Source of the DNA: an uncultured Acidobacteriota bacterium | GTDB taxonomy: Bacteria; Acidobacteriota; Thermoanaerobaculia; UBA5066; Gp7-AA6 | Direction: 5' to 3' | NCBI GenBank assembly: GCA_963764715.1 | Contig: CAVXTP010000022.1 | Span: 64,001-128,000 of the forward strand | DNA length: 64,000 bases | Shown: positions 12,736 through 22,340 of the stretch, one piece after another | How positions within the stretch are numbered: position 1 is the first letter of the stretch | Layout of the letters: each line of letters opens with the position of its first letter | Notes under the pieces: model-generated | The model's database searches: none | The model's input: the letters and a program-made list of their open reading frames with translations, nothing else | What the model was told of the DNA's origin: nothing | Translations under genes and position numbers: made by a program

Positions 12736-12795
12736 CCCGCGATTCTATCGTACTGCGATATGTTGACGGACGACGCGGACGCGGGGGATCGGCGG

Positions 12796-14280
12796 CTAGT
12801 CCGCCGGGACGCACCGGCCCGTCGCCCAGGCTCGCAGGGCGTCGATCGACTCGGCGCGGACGACGGAAAGGGGCCGGGTCGAGCGCAGGGCCGTGATCAC
12901 GGCCGCGGTGTCGAGCGAGAACCGGCCGGCGCGGGCGTCGTAGAGCGCCGAGACGACGGCCTGCTCGATCTCGGCCCCGGAGAAGCCGTCGGCGGCGGCG
13001 GCGAGGCCCGTCAGGTCGAAGCGCGCGGGGTCCTCCCCGCGGCGGGAGAGGTGCAGGCGGAAGATCTCCTGGCGGGCGCTCGCGTCCGGCAGGTCGACGA
13101 AGAAGACCTCGTCGACGCGGCCCTTGCGCATGAACTCGGGGGGCAGCTCGGTGACCGAGTTGGCCGTCGCGACGAGGAAGACGCGGGCCGTGCGCTCCTG
13201 CATCCACGTCAGCAGGGTGCCGACGAGGCGCTTGGAGACGCCGCCGTCGGACTCCGAGTTGCGCGCCGAGACGAACGCCTTCTCGATCTCGTCGATCCAC
13301 AGGACGCAAGGCGACATCCGCTCGACCCGGCGCAGGGCGTCGCGGAGGTTGCGCTCGGATTCTCCGATGTAGGGCGCCAGCAGCTTCCCGGCGTCGAGCG
13401 AGAGGAGCGGCAGCCCCCAGGTCGAGGCGATGGCCTTGGCCGCGATGCTCTTGCCGCAGCCCTGGACGCCGAGCAGCAGGATCCCCTTGGGCGGATCGAG
13501 CGGCCGGTCGCCGGCGTCCGGGAGAAACCCGACGCGGCGCGTGGCGATCCACTTCTTGAGCTTTTCGAGGCCGCCGAGCTGGTCGAGCCCCTCCGGCGCC
13601 GGGATGAACTCGAGAAGCCCACCGCCTTCGACGAGGCCCTTCTTGGTCTCCCGGATGCGGGGCCGGTCCGCGACCGTCAGGGCGTTGTCCTCGACGATCG
13701 CCCGCGCCAGGGCGCGCTCGGCCTCGAACACCGTGAGGCCCTGCAGGTCGGTCACGATGCCCTCGGCCTCGGCGGGGGTCAGCGAGACGTGGACGGCCGG
13801 GCTTTCCCGCGTCGTCCGCCGGATGACCTTCTGGAGCAGCTCCCGCAGTTCCTGAGGGCCCGGCAGTGCGAACTCGAACCGGACCTGCAGGTCCTCGAGC
13901 TCGGGTTTCGAGGGCATCGTGGGACCGACGAGGACGAGGGTCCGGGCCGACCCGGCGAAGTCCTGGGCGGTCTCGCGGAGCAGCCGGAGCGTGGCCGCCG
14001 CCTCCAGATGCGGCATCGGGTCCTTCAGCAGCCAGGTCCCGTCTCCCGTGCTTCGCCGGATCAGCCGGAGTGCCCAGGCGAGATCGGTCGACTTGTCCGC
14101 GTCGACCGGATGGATGGGCGCGAGGCCGCTCGCGGCGCTCCAGCTCCAGAACGGGATCGTCAGCGCGCTCGAGACGGCCCGCACCAGCGCCTCGAACCGC
14201 TGTTCCTCGACCGTCTCGCAGACGACGAGGGGATGCCGCGAGCGCAGCAGGAGGCCGAGGTCCCTGGCCGTGACGTCCAA
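12796..14280 (-). CDS. Ycf46-like AAA ATPase (TTG start at 14280 preferred; the ORF extends to ATG at 14313)
   Basis: GVQGCGKS Walker A, LWIDEIEK Walker B, RKGRVDEVFFVDLP, FSGAEIE. Confidence 0.85.
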   Translation of the reverse strand: MDVTARDLGLLLRSRHPLVVCETVEEQRFEALVRAVSSALTIPFWSWSAASGLAPIHPVDADKSTDLAWALRLIRRSTGDGTWLLKDPMPHLEAAATLRLLRETAQDFAGSARTLVLVGPTMPSKPELEDLQVRFEFALPGPQELRELLQKVIRRTTRESPAVHVSLTPAEAEGIVTDLQGLTVFEAERALARAIVEDNALTVADRPRIRETKKGLVEGGGLLEFIPAPEGLDQLGGLEKLKKWIATRRVGFLPDAGDRPLDPPKGILLLGVQGCGKSIAAKAIASTWGLPLLSLDAGKLLAPYIGESERNLRDALRRVERMSPCVLWIDEIEKAFVSARNSESDGGVSKRLVGTLLTWMQERTARVFLVATANSVTELPPEFMRKGRVDEVFFVDLPDASARQEIFRLHLSRRGEDPARFDLTGLAAAADGFSGAEIEQAVVSALYDARAGRFSLDTAAVITALRSTRPLSVVRAESIDALRAWATGRCVPAD

Positions 14281-14324
14281 ACTGGCGCTTAGTGTAGCGA
14301 AGGCCGCCGGCATAGACTGCGCGG

Positions 14325-15080
14325 GTGCCGCCGCTGCGGGTGGTTTCTCTCTGCCCGTCGATCACCGAGACGCTCGTCTCGATCGGCGGGCTCAAGTCGC
14401 TCGCGGCCGTGACCCGCTACTGCACCCGCCCGAAGGGCCTGCTGTGGGGCGTTCCGCGGATCGGCGGAACCAAGAGCCCCGACATCGGCCGCATCCTCGA
14501 TCTCAAGCCCGACCTCGTCTTCGCCAACGCCGAAGAAAACCGGCTCGAGGACGTGGAGGCGCTGCGCGCCGCGGGCATCGAGGTGGACGTCACGCTTCCC
14601 AAGACCGTGGACGAGGTGCCCCGCGCGATCCGGCATTGGGGCGAGCGCCTTGGGACGAGCGACCAGGCCGAGCCGCTCGCCCGGCGCGTCGAGGCGGCGA
14701 TGGCGGAGCTCGAGTCGGGTCCCGCGAAGAAGCCCTTCCGCTACGCCTACTGGATCTGGAAGGACCCGTGGATGACGATCTCCGACGACACGTACGTCGC
14801 CGATCTCCTGCGGCTCGCCGGCGGAGTCAACGTCTACGGAGACTCGGCGCTTCGCTATCCGACGACCCACGCGTCGGAAGCCCTCGGCCGGGAGCCCGAG
14901 GTCCACATTTTTCCGAGCGAGCCCTACCCGTTCTCGGAAGAGAAGCACGGAGCGCTCGCCGAAAAGCTCTTCGGCGCGCACACCAGGAGAATCTTCGTCG
15001 AGGGGGACGACTACTGCTGGCATGGGGTCCGAACGATCGAGGGGCTGAAGGCCGTCAGATCCCTAATGGAATTAGTTTAA
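14325..15080 (+). CDS. BtuF/helical-backbone metal receptor-like protein without signal peptide
   Basis: VVSLCPSITETL, CTRP, GGTKSP, PDLVFANAEEN, PSEPYPF. Confidence 0.8.
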   Translation: MPPLRVVSLCPSITETLVSIGGLKSLAAVTRYCTRPKGLLWGVPRIGGTKSPDIGRILDLKPDLVFANAEENRLEDVEALRAAGIEVDVTLPKTVDEVPRAIRHWGERLGTSDQAEPLARRVEAAMAELESGPAKKPFRYAYWIWKDPWMTISDDTYVADLLRLAGGVNVYGDSALRYPTTHASEALGREPEVHIFPSEPYPFSEEKHGALAEKLFGAHTRRIFVEGDDYCWHGVRTIEGLKAVRSLMELV

Positions 15081-15096
15081 TCATAGGAAAAGCCAT

Positions 15097-16404
15097 ATGA
15101 AATTCGGAAGTCTTGGCCTGATGGTGCTCGTGGTTTCGGCCGCCGCCTCCGCCCAGACCCCGCCGCCCGGGGCGATCAAGGTCATCCACGCCGGGACGCT
15201 GATCGACGGGACCACGTCCGCCCCCCGCCGCAACCAGGCGATCGTCGTCGTAGACGAGCGGATCGAGCGCGTCCTGTCCTGGAGCCCCGCCGCGGTCCCC
15301 GCCGGGGCCGCCGTCATCGACCTCTCCGGCGCCACCGTGCTCCCGGGCATGATCGACGCTCACACCCACCTCCTCCTCGATCCGAAGGAGGACAACTACG
15401 ACATGAACATTCTCCGCGAGAGCGTGGCGTTCCGGTCGGCCCGCGCCACCGCGCTCGCGGGCCGGATGCTCGAGCAGGGCTTCACGACGGTTCGCGACGT
15501 CGAGACCGAGGGCGCCGGGTATGCCGACGTCGGCCTCAAGCAGGCGATCGAGAAGGGTTACGTCGCGGGCCCGCGCATGGTCGTGTGCACGCGGGCGATC
15601 TCCTCGACCGGCGGGTACTCTCTCGACGGTTACTCGCCGGACCTCGATCTGCCCAAGGGAGCGCAGCTCGTGGACGGCCCGGTCGAGGCCCGCAAGGCCG
15701 CGCGCGAGCAGCTCGCGAACGGCGCCGACTGGATCAAGGTCTACATGAACCACCGCTCCTGGGTCGACGCGAAGGGCAACCTCGTCTCCCAGCCGACGCT
15801 GACGGCCGAGGAGCTCGCCGCGATCCTCGACGAGGCGCACGGATGGGGCCGCAAGGTCGCCTGTCACGCCTACAACGGCATCGGCATGCGCCGGGCGCTC
15901 GACGGGCGCTGCGACTCGATCGAGCACGGCCTCGACCTGACCGACGAGGACGTGGCCCAGATGGTCCGGCAGGGCACCTGGCTCTGCCCGACGATGATGC
16001 CGTACTTCTACGAGTGGGCGCCGGAAGGCACGCCGGCCGGGGCGAAGGACCGCAAGCGCGCCGAGGTGCACGGCCCCTCGCTCCAGAAGGCCGTGAAGGC
16101 CGGGGTCAAGATCGCCTTCGGCACCGACGCCGGAAGTTTTTCCTGGGACGAGCCCCTCGCCCGGGAGTTCGCCCTCATGGTCGGAGGCGGAATGACGCCG
16201 ATGGCCGCGATCCAGTCGGCGACCTCGCGCGCCGCCGAGATGCTCGGGATGGCCGGACAGGTCGGCGTCGTCGCACCGGGCGCGTGGGCCGACATCGTCG
16301 CCGTCGACGGGGACCCGATCGCGGACGTGAAGGCCCTCGAGCGCGTTTCGTTCGTGATGAAGGGGGGAGCGGTCTACCGGGGGCCGGGGAAAGTCTGCAG
16401 GTAG
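15097..16404 (+). CDS. Secreted metal-dependent amidohydrolase (Xaa-Pro dipeptidase-like)
   Basis: PGMIDAHTH, WIK, ACHA, SIEHG, FGTDAG, ADIVAVDGDP. Confidence 0.88.
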   Translation: MKFGSLGLMVLVVSAAASAQTPPPGAIKVIHAGTLIDGTTSAPRRNQAIVVVDERIERVLSWSPAAVPAGAAVIDLSGATVLPGMIDAHTHLLLDPKEDNYDMNILRESVAFRSARATALAGRMLEQGFTTVRDVETEGAGYADVGLKQAIEKGYVAGPRMVVCTRAISSTGGYSLDGYSPDLDLPKGAQLVDGPVEARKAAREQLANGADWIKVYMNHRSWVDAKGNLVSQPTLTAEELAAILDEAHGWGRKVACHAYNGIGMRRALDGRCDSIEHGLDLTDEDVAQMVRQGTWLCPTMMPYFYEWAPEGTPAGAKDRKRAEVHGPSLQKAVKAGVKIAFGTDAGSFSWDEPLAREFALMVGGGMTPMAAIQSATSRAAEMLGMAGQVGVVAPGAWADIVAVDGDPIADVKALERVSFVMKGGAVYRGPGKVCR

Positions 16405-16417
16405 CCCGGCGCGGCGC

Positions 16418-17017
16418 CTAGACGGGGCGGCGGTTCAGCAGGTCGAGGAACTCCTCGCGCACCGACTGGGTGTTGAAGATCCCCCGGATCGCCGACGTGA
16501 CCGTCAGCGCGCCCGGTTTTTTGATGCCGCGCATCTCGACGCAGAGGTGCCGCGCCTCGACGACGACCATCACGCCCTGCGGATCGAGCTTGTCGGCCAT
16601 GAAGCCCGCGATCTGCTCGGTCAGCCGCTCCTGGAGCTGCGGCCGGCGGGCGTAGAACTCGAGGATCCGGGCCATCTTGGAGAGCCCGACGATCGACTGG
16701 TTGGGGATGTACGCCACGTGGGCGTGGCCGTAGAACGGCACGAAGTGGTGGGAGCACAGCGAATAGAACGGGATGTCCTTCTCCATCACCATCGACGTGT
16801 AGCCCTCGTCGTTGGGGAAGAAGGTGACCTTCGGCTCCGCGCCCTCGGTGAGGCCCTCGAAGAGCTCGAGGTACATCTTGGCGACGCGCTCGGGGGTCTC
16901 GACGAGGTTGGGGTCCGCGAGGTCGAGCCCCAGCAGCTCGATGATCTTCCGGAAGTGCGACGCGATCTCGCGGATCCGGCCCGTGTCGGCCAGGGTCGGA
17001 ACTCCGAGGTCGCTCAT
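16418..17017 (-). CDS. folE: GTP cyclohydrolase I
   Basis: ETPERVAK, SLCSHHFVPF, GLSK, RPQLQERLT, HLCVEMRG. Confidence 0.95.
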   Translation of the reverse strand: MSDLGVPTLADTGRIREIASHFRKIIELLGLDLADPNLVETPERVAKMYLELFEGLTEGAEPKVTFFPNDEGYTSMVMEKDIPFYSLCSHHFVPFYGHAHVAYIPNQSIVGLSKMARILEFYARRPQLQERLTEQIAGFMADKLDPQGVMVVVEARHLCVEMRGIKKPGALTVTSAIRGIFNTQSVREEFLDLLNRRPV

Positions 17018-17160
17018 CGCGCCGCGATTCTCGGTCCGGATCTCGCGCCGGCCCCGGTCTGTCGAGGTTTCCGGGCCATCGGGAGTCTCCTTCGTCCTCG
17101 TTGGGCCGGCCGTCCCGGCCGCGGGAGCGGGGATTCTATACGAGGTAGGATGCGTCCCCC

Positions 17161-17979
17161 ATGAGGCTCGACCTTCACAGCCACTCGACCGTCTCGGACG
17201 GTCTCGACTCCCCGGCCGCCCTCGTCGGCCGGATGGCGGAGGCCGGCCTCACGGCCTTCGCCCTGACGGACCACGACACGCTGCAGGGGCTTCCCGAGGC
17301 CCGCGCGGAGGCCGCGCGGCGCGGCATCGAGCTCATCGCGGGAGCGGAGATCTCGTCCGAGTGGGGCGGGCAGGACGACATCCACATCCTGGCCCTCTTC
17401 GTGGACGAGGGCAACGCCGCGTTCCAGGCGCAGCTCGCGGCGCGCCAGGAGGAGCGGCGCACGCGCGGCGAGCGGATGGCGAAGAAGCTCGTCGAGCACG
17501 GCTACGCGATCGATCTCGACGCGATCCGGGACGACGTCGGGGACGGCGTCTGGGGCCGGCCGCACCTCGCCCGGGCGCTCATCCGCGCCGGCTACGCCGG
17601 GTCCAACGACGAGGCCTTCGACCGGTTCCTGGGGCGCGAGCATCCCTGGTACGTCGCCTACGACAAGTGGAAGGCGGCCGACGTCGTCCGCGCCATCCGG
17701 GCGGCCGGCGGGGTCTCCTCGCTCGCGCACGCGGTCTGGTACAAGGACACGGACGCTCTCGTGCGGGCGCTCGCGGCCGAAGGCCTCGACGCGATCGAGG
17801 TCTTCCATCCCGATCACGGCCCCGACGAGGAGCGGCTCCTCGCGGCGCTCGCCGGAGAGCTTCGGCTCGCGACGACGGCGGGCAGCGACTTTCACGGCAC
17901 GCCCGAGGGGCGCAAGCGCCCGGGCGGCGTCGTCGGCGACGCGGCGATGCTCGCGACGCTGCGCGCGCGCCGGCCGTAG
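17161..17979 (+). CDS. PHP domain phosphoesterase
   Basis: DLHSHSTVSDG, TDHDT, GRPHLA, AHA, GSDFHG. Confidence 0.9.
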   Translation: MRLDLHSHSTVSDGLDSPAALVGRMAEAGLTAFALTDHDTLQGLPEARAEAARRGIELIAGAEISSEWGGQDDIHILALFVDEGNAAFQAQLAARQEERRTRGERMAKKLVEHGYAIDLDAIRDDVGDGVWGRPHLARALIRAGYAGSNDEAFDRFLGREHPWYVAYDKWKAADVVRAIRAAGGVSSLAHAVWYKDTDALVRALAAEGLDAIEVFHPDHGPDEERLLAALAGELRLATTAGSDFHGTPEGRKRPGGVVGDAAMLATLRARRP

Positions 17980-18109
17980 TTTCCGCACGGACATCATCTG
18001 TCCGGCCCCCCGCCGCCCAATGAGGCTGCGGAAAAGCTCGCGATTGCGGAAAAGAAATTTTTTTCGCCGTCGTCGCGCCTCGCCGCGGGAGAAACGCGCA
18101 TGCGGAAAT
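17979..18109. promoter_or_regulatory. Cluster of four DnaA-box-like 9-mers plus an A/T tract upstream of dnaB
   Basis: GTTTCCGCA (17979), TGCGGAAAA (18027, 18045), TGCGGAAAT (18101); AAAGAAATTTTTTT at about 18051-18064. Confidence 0.5.
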
Positions 18110-18120
18110 CCTGGAGCCGA

Positions 18121-18149
18121 TTGACAGCGCTCGACGGCGGAACCAGAAT
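18121..18149 (+). promoter_or_regulatory. Sigma70-type promoter of dnaB
   Basis: TTGACA - 17 bp - CAGAAT, ending 16 nt before the ATG at 18166. Confidence 0.65.
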
Positions 18150-18165
18150 CGCCGCCACCTCCGCG

Positions 18166-19537
18166 ATGCTCGACTCCGCAACCGCAGAAAAGACGCTGCC
18201 TCAGAACCTCGAGGCCGAACGCTCGGTCCTCGGGGCGGTCCTGCTCGACTCGGCGGCGCTCTCCTTCGTCGTCCCGATCCTCGGCCGCGACGACTTCTTC
18301 CCGGACACGCACCGCCGCATCTACGACGCGATGCTCGAGCTCTCCCAGCGCTCGGCCGAGATCGACGTGATCACGCTGAAGGAGGAGCTCGACCGCGCGG
18401 GCTCGATCGAGAAGGCGGGCGGGGCGGCCTACCTGACGTCGCTCGTGGACGCCGTTCCGGACGTCGGCAACGTCGAGCACTACGCTCGGATCGTCAAGGA
18501 GAAGTCGACGCTCCGGCGCCTCATCCGGGCGGGCCAGAAGATCGTGCGCGACGGTCTCGCCGGGGACCAGAACGCCGAGGAACTCCTCGGGGAGGCGACG
18601 GGCGAGATCTTCGACATCGCCGAAGGCGCGATTCAGGGCGGTTTCGAGCCGATCGGCCAGGTCGTCCGCCACAACCTCGAGATCATCGAGGACGCCCGCG
18701 GCCGGCAGGGGATGCTCTCGGGCCTCGCCACCGGGTTCACGGAGCTCGACCGGATGACCTCGGGCCTCCAGGGCACGGACCTGATCATCATCGCGGCGCG
18801 CCCGTCGGTCGGCAAGACCTCCTTCGCCCTCAACATCGCCCAGCACGTCGCGATCCGCGAGGGACGCTCGGTCGGGTTCTTCTCGCTCGAGATGTCCAAG
18901 GAGCAGCTCGGCTTCCGCGTGCTCTGCTCCGAGGCCGACGTCGACGCCAAGAAGGTCCGCGACGGCTTCGCGTCCAAGGAGGCCATGCAGCGGCTCGTCC
19001 TCGCCCAGTCCAAGATCCACGCGACGCGGTTCTTCATCGACGACAGCGCCCTCCTGAACGTCCCCGAGATGCGCGCCAAGGCGCAGCGCCTGAAGCGCGA
19101 GAAGGGGCTCGACCTCCTCCTCGTCGACTACATGCAGCTGATGGCGGGCCACGGCCGCTTCGACAACCGCACCCAGGAAGTGTCGATGATCTCGCGCGGG
19201 TTGAAGCTCCTCGCCAAGGAGCTGCGCGTCCCGATCGTGGCCCTCTCGCAGCTCTCGCGTCAGCCGGAGGCCGCGCAAGGGCGACCAGCGCAAGCCGCAG
19301 CTCGCCGACCTCCGGGACTCGGGCTCGATCGAGCAGGACGCCGACGTCGTCGTGTTCCTCTACCGCGAAGAGCTCTACGACCGGGACACCGAGCGCAAGG
19401 GCATCGCCGACGTGATCATCGCCAAGCAGCGCAACGGGCCGACGGGAGACTTCCCGCTCGTCTTCCTCGGCGACCACATGACCTTCGCCAACTACGTCGG
19501 CGGGCCGGCGGCGGAGCCCCAGGGCCAGCCCTTCTAG
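18166..19537 (+). CDS. dnaB: Replicative DNA helicase, split by an apparent 1-nt insertion at about 19270
   Basis: [38 protein letters not shown]. The next frame continues [17 protein letters not shown]...[11 protein letters not shown]. Confidence 0.92.
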
Positions 19538-19605
19538 CCCGGAAGCGGCCGCCCCGGGGCCGGGGGCCGGCCGGGGCCGAAAAACGCGAGAGAATCGCGA
19601 GTCCA

Positions 19606-20749
19606 GTGAACCGCTCGCTCGAAAACGCCGACGCCCCCTGGTTCGTCCGCGCGCTCGTCGACCTCGACGCGGTCGCCGCCAACTACCGGTTCCTCGCCGG
19701 CCGAGTCGCTCCGCGCCCGGTCTACGCGGTGGTGAAGGCCGACGCCTACGGCCACGGCGCCGGGCCCGTCGCGGCGCGGCTGGCGCGGGAGGGGGCCGAC
19801 CGGTTCGCCGTCGCCAACGTCGCGGAGGGCGTGGCGCTGCGCCGGGCGGGGATCGGCGGCGAGGTCCTCGTGCTCTCGCGCGCCGAGCCCGAGGAGCTGC
19901 CGAGGATCGCGGCCTACGGCCTCGACGCCCGCGCTGTACGACGCCGCGCAGGCCGAGGCCTTCGCCGCGGCCGTCGGCCGTCGGGCCGATCCGCTCGCCG
20001 CGCACCTCGAGATCGACGCGGGCATGGGCCGCGCCGGCATCCGCCCGGAAGAGCTCGACCGCGTCATCGGGACGCTCCGCCGGTCGCCGCGTCTGTCGCT
20101 TTCCGGGACGTTCACGAACCTCTCCGGGGCGGACGATCCGTCCTCGCCGCAGACGGCGCGGCAGGTCGAGGTCCTCGGCGCGGCCGTCGCGCGGCTGCGC
20201 GACGCCGGCCTCGCGCCGGGCCTCGTGCACGCCGCCAACTCCGCCGCGATCCTCGGCGCGCCGCCGGCCTGGCTCGACGCCGTGCGCCCGGGGCTCGCCC
20301 TGTACGGCGTCTCGCCGGGCGAGGCTCTCGAGAGCGCGGATCTTCGCCCCGCGATGTCGCTCGAGGCGCGCGTCGCGTCGGTGCGGACCGTTCCCGCCGG
20401 AACGCCGCTCGGCTACGGCGGGCGCTTCGTGACGTCGCGCGAGTCGACGATCGCCGTGCTGCCCATCGGCTATCATGACGGCCTTCGTCGGTGCATGTCC
20501 GGACGAGTCTCGGTGCTTTTGCGCGGGATGCGGGTCCCGGTGGTGGGAGCGGTCAGCATGGATGTCACTCTGGTCGACGCGACCGGCACGGGTGCGCGGC
20601 GCGGCGACCGGGCGGTCTGCCTCGGTCGCGACGGGGGCGAGACGGTGACGGCCTGGGACCTCGCGCGCGCCGCCGCGACGATCCCCTACGAGATCCTCTG
20701 CGGCATCGGTCCGCGCGTCGAGCGGGTCCACACGGAGGGCCGCGGGTGA
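19606..20749 (+). CDS. alr: Alanine racemase, split by an apparent 1-nt insertion at about 19924
   Basis: AVVKADAYGHG PLP lysine. The next frame has HLEIDAGMGRAG, ANSAA, VRPGLALYG, GYHDG, VSMD, IPYEILC. Confidence 0.9.
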
Positions 20750-21519
20750 TCGTCCGGGCCCTCGAGTCGGTCGGGCGCAAGGTGATCCGATTCCTCGAAG
20801 AGCTCGGCCGGTTCTTCGGAATGCTGGGCCGGATCCTGGCGTGGGCGCCGCGGCCGCCGTACGACGTCGCGGAGTGGATCCGCCAGATGGTGCGGGTCGG
20901 CGTGGACTCGATCCCGCTCGTGTTCCTGACGACGCTCTTCACGGGCATGGTGCTCGCTCTCCAGACCTTCACGGGTTTCGCCCGCTTCAACGCCCAGAGC
21001 CTCGTCGGGGCCGTCGTGGCCCTCTCGCTGACGCGCGAGCTCGCGCCGGTCCTGTCCGCCCTGATGGTCTCGGGCCGGGTCGGCAGCGCCATGGCCGCCG
21101 AGATCGGCAGCATGCGCGTGACCGAGCAGATCGACGCCCTCGAGGCCCTGGCGACCGAGCCCGTGCAGTACCTCGTGGTGCCGCGGGTCTTCGCCTCGGT
21201 CCTGATGCTGCCGCTGCTCGTCGTGATGGGCGACGTCGTGGGCATGTACGGGGGCTTTCTCGTCGCGGTGCAGCTGCTCGGCGCCAACCCGGTGACGTAC
21301 TACGACAGCTCGTTCCAGTTCCTGGACCTCGAGGACTTCACCGTCGGGCTCGTGAAGGCCGCGGTCTTCGGGCTGATCCTGTCGGTCGTGGCCTGCAGCC
21401 GCGGGTACTACACCGAGGGCGGAGCGGAGGGCGTCGGCCGGGCGACGACCCAGGCCGTCGTCGTCGGGAGCCTCGCGATCCTGCTCGCCGACTTCTTCCT
21501 GACGAGGTTGCTCTTTTGA
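20746..21519 (+). CDS. mlaE: MlaE family ABC permease
   Basis: RELAPV, GRVGSAMAAEIGSMRVTEQIDAL, GGAEGVGRATT. Confidence 0.92.
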   Translation: MIVRALESVGRKVIRFLEELGRFFGMLGRILAWAPRPPYDVAEWIRQMVRVGVDSIPLVFLTTLFTGMVLALQTFTGFARFNAQSLVGAVVALSLTRELAPVLSALMVSGRVGSAMAAEIGSMRVTEQIDALEALATEPVQYLVVPRVFASVLMLPLLVVMGDVVGMYGGFLVAVQLLGANPVTYYDSSFQFLDLEDFTVGLVKAAVFGLILSVVACSRGYYTEGGAEGVGRATTQAVVVGSLAILLADFFLTRLLF

Positions 21520-22340
21520 GCGCCGCGCGCCCCGCGCGGGCCGGCGCGTCCGACGGCAAGCTCCGCACGGAGAACCTCCGCAAGTCGTTCAAGGGCCACG
21601 TCGTGCTCGACGGGATCGACCTGTCGATCGGAAAGGGCGAGTCGCTCGTCATCGTGGGCCCGTCGGGGACCGGCAAGAGCGTCCTCCTCAAGCACCTCAT
21701 CGGGCTCGTGCGGCCGGACGCGGGCCGGGTCCTCGTCGACGGCCAGGACCTCTGGGCCCTCGACGCCCTCGGGCGCAACGCGGCGCGCAAGAAGTTCGGA
21801 ATGTCGTTCCAGGAGGGCGCGCTCTTCGACTCGATGAGCGTGTACGACAACGTGGCCTTCCCGCTGCGCCGGTCGGGGCGCACGCCCGCGCAGGTCCGGG
21901 CCCGGGTCGAGGAGTGCCTCGAGCTCGTCCAGCTTCCCGAGATCGGCGCCAAGCGCCCCTCGGAGCTCTCGGGCGGCATGCGGCGGCGCGTCGGCTTCGC
22001 GCGGGCCATCGCGCACCAGCCCGAGATCCTCCTCTTCGACGAGCCCAACACCGGCCTCGATCCGATCACGACCGACGTCATCGCCGAGGTCATCCTCGGC
22101 ATCCGCCGGCAGATGGAGCCGACGATCGTGACGATCACCCACCACATCCCGAGCGCCCGCAAGATCGGGGACCGGCTCGCCCTGCTCTTCGGGGGTCGGA
22201 TCCTCTTCGACGCCCCTCCCGAGGAGTTCATGAACTCGAGCGACCCCGCGGTGCGGCAGTTCGTCGAGGGGCGGGCCGACGGGCCGCTGACGGCCGAGTC
22301 GGAGAGGGCCAGGCAACGGGCCATTTCGGAGGCGCGATGA
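21516..22340 (+). CDS. mlaF: MlaF family ABC ATPase
   Basis: GPSGTGKS, FQEGALFDS, LSGGMRRRV, DEPNTGLDP. TTG start overlaps the mlaE stop. Confidence 0.9.
   Translation: MSAARPARAGASDGKLRTENLRKSFKGHVVLDGIDLSIGKGESLVIVGPSGTGKSVLLKHLIGLVRPDAGRVLVDGQDLWALDALGRNAARKKFGMSFQEGALFDSMSVYDNVAFPLRRSGRTPAQVRARVEECLELVQLPEIGAKRPSELSGGMRRRVGFARAIAHQPEILLFDEPNTGLDPITTDVIAEVILGIRRQMEPTIVTITHHIPSARKIGDRLALLFGGRILFDAPPEEFMNSSDPAVRQFVEGRADGPLTAESERARQRAISEAR

Noticed and set aside
19260-19935. Programmed ribosomal frameshifting in dnaB/alr
   Set aside because: No slippery heptamer at either site, and similar indels occur in unrelated genes; sequencing error is more parsimonious.
18100-20478. Apparent 792-aa DnaB-alanine racemase fusion ORF
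   Set aside because: Artefact of two separate +1 insertions. The true DnaB and Alr C-termini lie in another frame, each with its own stop.
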